The position numbers were made by a program, and so were the translations under genes. Below, one piece after another: positions 6,948 through 10,295 of a DNA stretch of 10,295 nucleotides (position 1 is the first letter of the stretch; every line of letters begins with the position of its first letter). The notes below the pieces were generated by a model. That model did not search any database. It was not told the DNA's origin and saw only the letters and a program-made list of their open reading frames with translations. The stretch is taken from IMG/VR virus record IMGVR_UViG_3300047476_001337, positions 1-10,295 of that record. One strand, given 5' to 3'. This DNA is from a virus. Lineage: Duplodnaviria > Heunggongvirae > Uroviricota > Caudoviricetes.

Positions 6948-7061
6948 TTACTTGTTAGATTCTTTAGCCTTATTCAGAACCTCGTTGTTCTGTTTAATTC
7001 TTAAGGCAAATTTCTTACTCATTTTTCTACTTTTTGAATACGTACTCTTTGAACTTTTCAT
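6948..7061 (-). CDS. Small basic protein, 37 aa (MKSSKSTYSKSRKMSKKFALRIKQNNEVLNKAKESNK)
   Basis: Read manually; ATG 2 nt after the stop of 7064-7498, preceded by TATTTATT and followed by a terminator. Confidence 0.6.
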   Translation of the reverse strand: MKSSKSTYSKSRKMSKKFALRIKQNNEVLNKAKESNK

Positions 7062-7063
7062 AA

Positions 7064-7498
7064 TTACAAATAAATATTACCAACAACATTTATAACATCA
7101 CGGATTTCTTTTTCAGTGTAGTCTTGTGATATTGGTGTATCTTCCAAGCTCAAATACCCACCCACATGTTTCAAATCACCAAAAAACGCCAGTCCAGTGG
7201 CTGACGTATTTCTAAGAATCAGTGGCCCACCAACACTCTTTAATTTCCATAAATATTGAATGTCAGTATTTGCCAAGTCCAATTCTCCACCAACAGATTG
7301 AAGGTTTCCCAGGGTTCGAGTGTGTGTAAATGACAAATCCAAATCACCTCCAATCCTATATGGTGGATTTCCTTTTAATTCCAAATATCTTTTTAGATTA
7401 TTCCATCCACCAAATACCTTTATATCATGAATGTGAAGAACCTGTTGTTCTTCCTCAAATAATCTTTTGTGTTGGGATTCGGTTATGATGTATTTCAT
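7064..7498 (-). CDS. Leucine-rich-repeat protein, 144 aa, ~4 x 20-aa repeats (xVGGxLxLxNTxIxxLGNLx)
   Basis: Repeat motif visible in the translation; paralog of 7501-7986. Confidence 0.85.
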   Translation of the reverse strand: MKYIITESQHKRLFEEEQQVLHIHDIKVFGGWNNLKRYLELKGNPPYRIGGDLDLSFTHTRTLGNLQSVGGELDLANTDIQYLWKLKSVGGPLILRNTSATGLAFFGDLKHVGGYLSLEDTPISQDYTEKEIRDVINVVGNIYL

Positions 7499-7500
7499 AA

Positions 7501-7986
7501 TTACATAAATAGTGTTCCACCAACATTAACCATCTGTCTTATTTCTTCAACTGAGTATTTTTTGGATATTGGAGTTAAAAATATATCCAAATTACCACCA
7601 ACTGATTTAAGATTTCCAAAAGATTCAATTGGACTATCTTCTAAAAATAAATTACCACCAACATGAGTTAAGTTTCCAAGAGATTTAATTGGTGTGTTCA
7701 TTAAATTCAAATGTCTACCAACATGAGTTAAGTTTCCAAGAGATTCAATTGATGTGTTACGTAAACGCAAAATACCACCAACGGAAGTTAAATTTCCAAG
7801 TGATTTAATCGAGGTGTTTTGTAATAACAAATCACCACCAATACTATATGGTGGATTTCCTTTTAATTCCAAATATCTTTGTAGTCCATCCCATCCACCA
7901 AATACTTTTGCACTAGGAAGATGAAGAACCTTTTGTTCCTCTTCAAATAATCTTTTGTGTTGGGATTCGGTTATGATGTATTTCAT
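7501..7986 (-). CDS. Leucine-rich-repeat protein, 161 aa, 5 x 20-aa repeats
   Basis: 60-nt DNA periodicity (ccaacatgagttaagtttccaagagatt repeated); SLGNLT[SH]VGGxLxLxNTxI units. Confidence 0.87.
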   Translation of the reverse strand: MKYIITESQHKRLFEEEQKVLHLPSAKVFGGWDGLQRYLELKGNPPYSIGGDLLLQNTSIKSLGNLTSVGGILRLRNTSIESLGNLTHVGRHLNLMNTPIKSLGNLTHVGGNLFLEDSPIESFGNLKSVGGNLDIFLTPISKKYSVEEIRQMVNVGGTLFM

Positions 7987-8006
7987 ATATATTGTAATTT
8001 ACGTTA

Positions 8007-8438
8007 TTAGAGTCCTTGTAAACCGTTAAACATTTCATCGTCAATCGATATAACTCCCTTTAGTTTATAAACTTCATCTAACCAAGCTTCAACATATTTT
8101 CTAATTTCATCATAATACAAACCAAACCTATCTTCCAAAAATGACCAAATATTATCATAATTTATATAAATTACATTAAGGTCTTTATTATAAAGCATCA
8201 AAATTTCATTTGGATTATATCTAAACAAGATATGACTGGGATTTTTATCACTCTGAGAAATTTTCATATCATCAAACAAATGTAAGAAATCCATTGGTGT
8301 GGTAATATTTAATAATTTTGCAAATATATCCAACCCGCCAACTCTTTTTGCAGCCACGTTTAACCCATCAGATTTAATATCATTGACTATTTTCTTAATC
8401 AATTTTTCATTTTGTTGTTCAGTGATTAGAATTTTCAT
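8007..8438 (-). CDS. Hypothetical phage protein, ~143 aa (MKILITEQQNEKL...)
   Basis: ORF track 8007-8504; start at 8438 preferred (TATTTATA 5 nt upstream, shared N-terminal motif). C-terminal half resembles the N-domain of the array proteins. Confidence 0.8.
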   Translation of the reverse strand: MKILITEQQNEKLIKKIVNDIKSDGLNVAAKRVGGLDIFAKLLNITTPMDFLHLFDDMKISQSDKNPSHILFRYNPNEILMLYNKDLNVIYINYDNIWSFLEDRFGLYYDEIRKYVEAWLDEVYKLKGVISIDDEMFNGLQGL

Positions 8439-8452
8439 GTTAATATAAATAT

Positions 8453-8478
8453 AAACAAACCCACCTTTTTTAAGATGG
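8453..8478 (-). terminator. Probable intrinsic terminator
   Basis: - strand CCATCTT-AAAA-AAGGTGG followed by GTTTGTTT; similar to the hairpins at 6011 and 6914. Confidence 0.5.
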
Positions 8479-8502
8479 ATATAATTAGGGGGACAATATA
8501 AC

Positions 8503-8596
8503 ACCCGAAGGGTCGGGGAGGTCAGACAACCGTCCGAAGGACGGGTGGACGGGGTCAGAAAAAGGGGGTGGGGGTTCCGAGACGGTTTCCGGCACC
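8503..8596. other. GC-rich (62/94 = 66%) G-skewed intergenic island with C-GAA-G hairpins and G tracts
   Basis: ACCC-GAA-GGGT 8503-8513; CCGTCC-GAA-GGACGG 8530-8544; G runs at 8543, 8551, 8564, 8570; function unknown. Confidence 0.8.
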
Positions 8597-8602
8597 ATTT
8601 AA

Positions 8603-8848
8603 TTAATACTTTTTTGATTTGGCAATAAGCATTCCATAAAGAAAAGCTTCAACACATTGTTGTGAACTTGACTGGAAAACCATTTGACCATCCAATAACA
8701 CGGTATTATTAATAACATTAAGATTTGGGATTACTTTTTTTGCCACAATTTCTATTTGAGATGGTTCATCAAACATTCCTTGTTCATTTACAATATTCTT
8801 CACCATTTTAATTAAATCAGATTCTGTTAATCTTACAACTTTTTTCAT
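8603..8848 (-). CDS. Hypothetical phage protein, 81 aa (MKKVVRLTESDLIKMVKNIVNEQ N-terminus)
   Basis: ORF track; TATTTATA 4 nt upstream; I recognise this N-terminal motif from large aquatic phages (recollection, not a search). Confidence 0.85.
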   Translation of the reverse strand: MKKVVRLTESDLIKMVKNIVNEQGMFDEPSQIEIVAKKVIPNLNVINNTVLLDGQMVFQSSSQQCVEAFLYGMLIAKSKKY

Positions 8849-8863
8849 ATTATATAAATATAC

Positions 8864-8959
8864 TTAATCCACATTATGTTCCCTGTAGTTAATGGTCTGA
8901 TAAATCATTCCACCTATCATTCCCACCATCACAATAAAATATCCAATTGCATCAATCAT
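8864..8959 (-). CDS. Small single-pass membrane peptide, 31 aa (MIDAIGYFIVMVGMIGGMIYQTINYREHNVD)
   Basis: Read manually; start overlaps the end of 8952-9173; hydrophobic stretch with GxxxG; fills the gap before the next promoter motif. Confidence 0.55.
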   Translation of the reverse strand: MIDAIGYFIVMVGMIGGMIYQTINYREHNVD

Positions 8960-9173
8960 GGTTATTTATATTTTTAGGGGGAACCATATGAATATCTTTA
9001 TCGTCCATCTTGGTTATTTCACGATGTAATTTATTTTCCATTTTACAAATTAAATCTTTGGTTAACATATCAATAACTGACTCTTCTAAATCAAGGTCCT
9101 TCAAAGTTTCTTTATATGTTTCAGAGAATATGTCATTTGATATCATAGATAATAATTCTTGTTCAGCATCCAT
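8952..9173 (-). CDS. Hypothetical acidic protein, 73 aa
   Basis: ORF track; start overlaps the end of the upstream ORF (possible translational coupling). Confidence 0.7.
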   Translation of the reverse strand: MDAEQELLSMISNDIFSETYKETLKDLDLEESVIDMLTKDLICKMENKLHREITKMDDKDIHMVPPKNINNHD

Positions 9174-9816
9174 TATTTAGATTGTTTGAGTTCTTGTTGT
9201 TTATCTTTTTAAGAAACGTTTTCATATTCAGTCTTATTCGCTCTCTACTTTCTGCAACCTTTTCAGGTGGTATTATCTTGTACCTTTTCTTATTTATGAT
9301 TTCAAAATTTATCTTAACTCGTTTACTCAGTTCTTCTCGTGGAATGATGATATATTTTTTCCATATTCTTTCTTCTTCAAATAACCCATCATAAATGGTA
9401 ACATACTCACAACTTGGATTCTTTATAAACCACTCTAAAAACTCATCATCAATAGATTGTATACCATTTTTGATTAATCCTTGGTCTGTTGTTAGGATGA
9501 TTTTTTTAATATTTTTATTTTTATGAATCGCCATCATAGCGCTATGATAAATAAAATTTTCATCTACTTTTATCACTTGCAATATTTCATAACCGCCTAT
9601 AGATACTTCTTTACATTCTTTATTAAAACAAGATGAGTCTGGGTGTATAAACCAATCGCCTACTTTAATTTCTTCCTCAGAAATAATGTGCATATTCATA
9701 CACTTTATTGTTTGCATAGTATCAGGGGCGTAATGTTCTCTGTAACCATACTCATCTTCATTTGTGATAAAAAACCTACTTGGTTTGTCCGTTGGTAATA
9801 CGTGAATGTTTTTCAT
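9163..9816 (-). CDS. Hypothetical phage protein, ~217 aa (MKNIHVLPTDKPSR...)
   Basis: ORF track 9163-9831; ATG 9816 preferred because 9831-9817 contains the TATATTTG box. Confidence 0.8.
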   Translation of the reverse strand: MKNIHVLPTDKPSRFFITNEDEYGYREHYAPDTMQTIKCMNMHIISEEEIKVGDWFIHPDSSCFNKECKEVSIGGYEILQVIKVDENFIYHSAMMAIHKNKNIKKIILTTDQGLIKNGIQSIDDEFLEWFIKNPSCEYVTIYDGLFEEERIWKKYIIIPREELSKRVKINFEIINKKRYKIIPPEKVAESRERIRLNMKTFLKKINNKNSNNLNNGC

Positions 9817-9820
9817 ACCA

Positions 9821-9828
9821 CAAATATA
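9821..9828 (-). promoter_or_regulatory. TAnnTTTG (-7) promoter box, TATATTTG
   Basis: 4 nt upstream of ATG 9816; no clear -33 TTTG at canonical spacing. Confidence 0.55.
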
Positions 9829-9868
9829 CAAAGAATATTTGAAATAAAAAAAGGGTTCATGATTTTTG

Positions 9869-9980
9869 TAGTCAGGACAGGATTTGAACCTGTAATGAGA
9901 GTTCTAATGTGGACACCATCCAAGTAGTTATTACCTACTAACTCACAACATCTTTGCGTCTACCATTCCGCCACCTGACT
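9869..9980 (-). ncRNA. tRNA-like element 1: canonical acceptor, D and T arms; 61-nt non-canonical centre
   Basis: AGTCAGG/CCTGACT acceptor stem; GCG-GAATGGTAGA-CGC D arm; ACAGG-TTCAAAT-CCTGT T arm; discriminator A then CAA rather than CCA; no assignable anticodon. Confidence 0.75.
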
Positions 9981-9987
9981 ATTTTAT

Positions 9988-10170
9988 TTAGATAAACTTA
10001 CTAATATCTTCTTTAGTAATTTCAGTTATCGAATCATCCATAATTTCTTTATTACTATGTCCAATTACTATAACGGAATAATACTTACCATCCAATTCAT
10101 ATACTTGGTATGCCGAATCTTTAACCCATTCACCTTCTCCGATGAATTTTGCTTTATCTAAATCTATCAT
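9988..10170 (-). CDS. Hypothetical protein, 60 aa, between the two tRNA-like elements
   Basis: ORF track; fills the space between the elements almost exactly. Confidence 0.7.
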   Translation of the reverse strand: MIDLDKAKFIGEGEWVKDSAYQVYELDGKYYSVIVIGHSNKEIMDDSITEITKEDISKFI

Positions 10171-10184
10171 AATTTTATTTTTTG

Positions 10185-10295
10185 TAGTCAGGACAGGAAT
10201 CGAACCTGTATGATACTTGACATAATATCTACCGTGTATGAGCCGCCTTCTTCGGCGCGTGTCAAATACTCATCTTCACTTAGCGTCTACCATTC
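10185..10295 (-). ncRNA. tRNA-like element 2 (5' end beyond the window), 72-nt non-canonical centre
   Basis: Same CCTGACTAC 3' end, ACAGG-TTCGATT-CCTGT T arm and GAATGGTAGACGC D arm as element 1; unrelated centre. Confidence 0.7.

Noticed and set aside
8905-8930. Short direct repeat TCATTCC(C)ACC
   Set aside because: Explained by the coding sequence MVGMIGGM of the 31-aa membrane peptide.
289-9394. Opposite-strand ORFs 289-471, 4525-4710, 5650-5865, 7469-7666, 9182-9394
   Set aside because: Each overlaps a better-supported gene on the other strand or frame and has low-complexity shadow composition.
9923-9939. tRNA-Ile(AAT) call from the AGTAG-GTAATAA-CTACT hairpin
   Set aside because: The hairpin is displaced 15 nt from the D arm inside an extra stem, position 32 is G, and the sister element lacks it; it cannot be called an anticodon arm.
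1-10295. Alternative genetic code (stop-codon reassignment seen in some large phages)
   Set aside because: Genes tile the window densely under the standard code, ending mostly in TAA and twice in TGA; no fragmented ORFs need recoding. TAG is simply unused as a stop here.

Overview
AT-rich, gene-dense window that looks like an accessory region of a large lytic phage of Bacteroidetes/Flavobacteria. This assignment is inferred from TTTG-N20-TAnnTTTG host-type promoters, many short hypothetical ORFs sharing an MK-x-x-x-TE N-terminus, a Bacteroidetes-like YceI gene and tRNA-like elements. The main feature is two tandem paralogous + strand genes (1204-2139, 2146-4581). Each has a ~76-aa N-terminal domain followed by an array of 36-nt repeats (consensus GTTGAAGATACCATTCAAAATGGGGTGAAAnACACC, VEDTIQNGVKxT) separated by unique ~30-nt spacers. 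This is CRISPR-array geometry (66-nt period, 11 and 30 repeat units), yet the whole array is in frame and stop-free. The spacers are GC-rich and look foreign near the 5' end, and the arrays degenerate toward the 3' end. The reverse complement of the repeat resembles type VI-B (Cas13b) direct repeats as I recall them. No cas, reverse transcriptase or integrase gene is in the window. Other items: two tRNA-like scaffolds with constant arms but unrelated, enlarged central inserts; a 66%-GC G-rich hairpin island; two LRR paralogs; yceI; two unannotated micro-ORFs.
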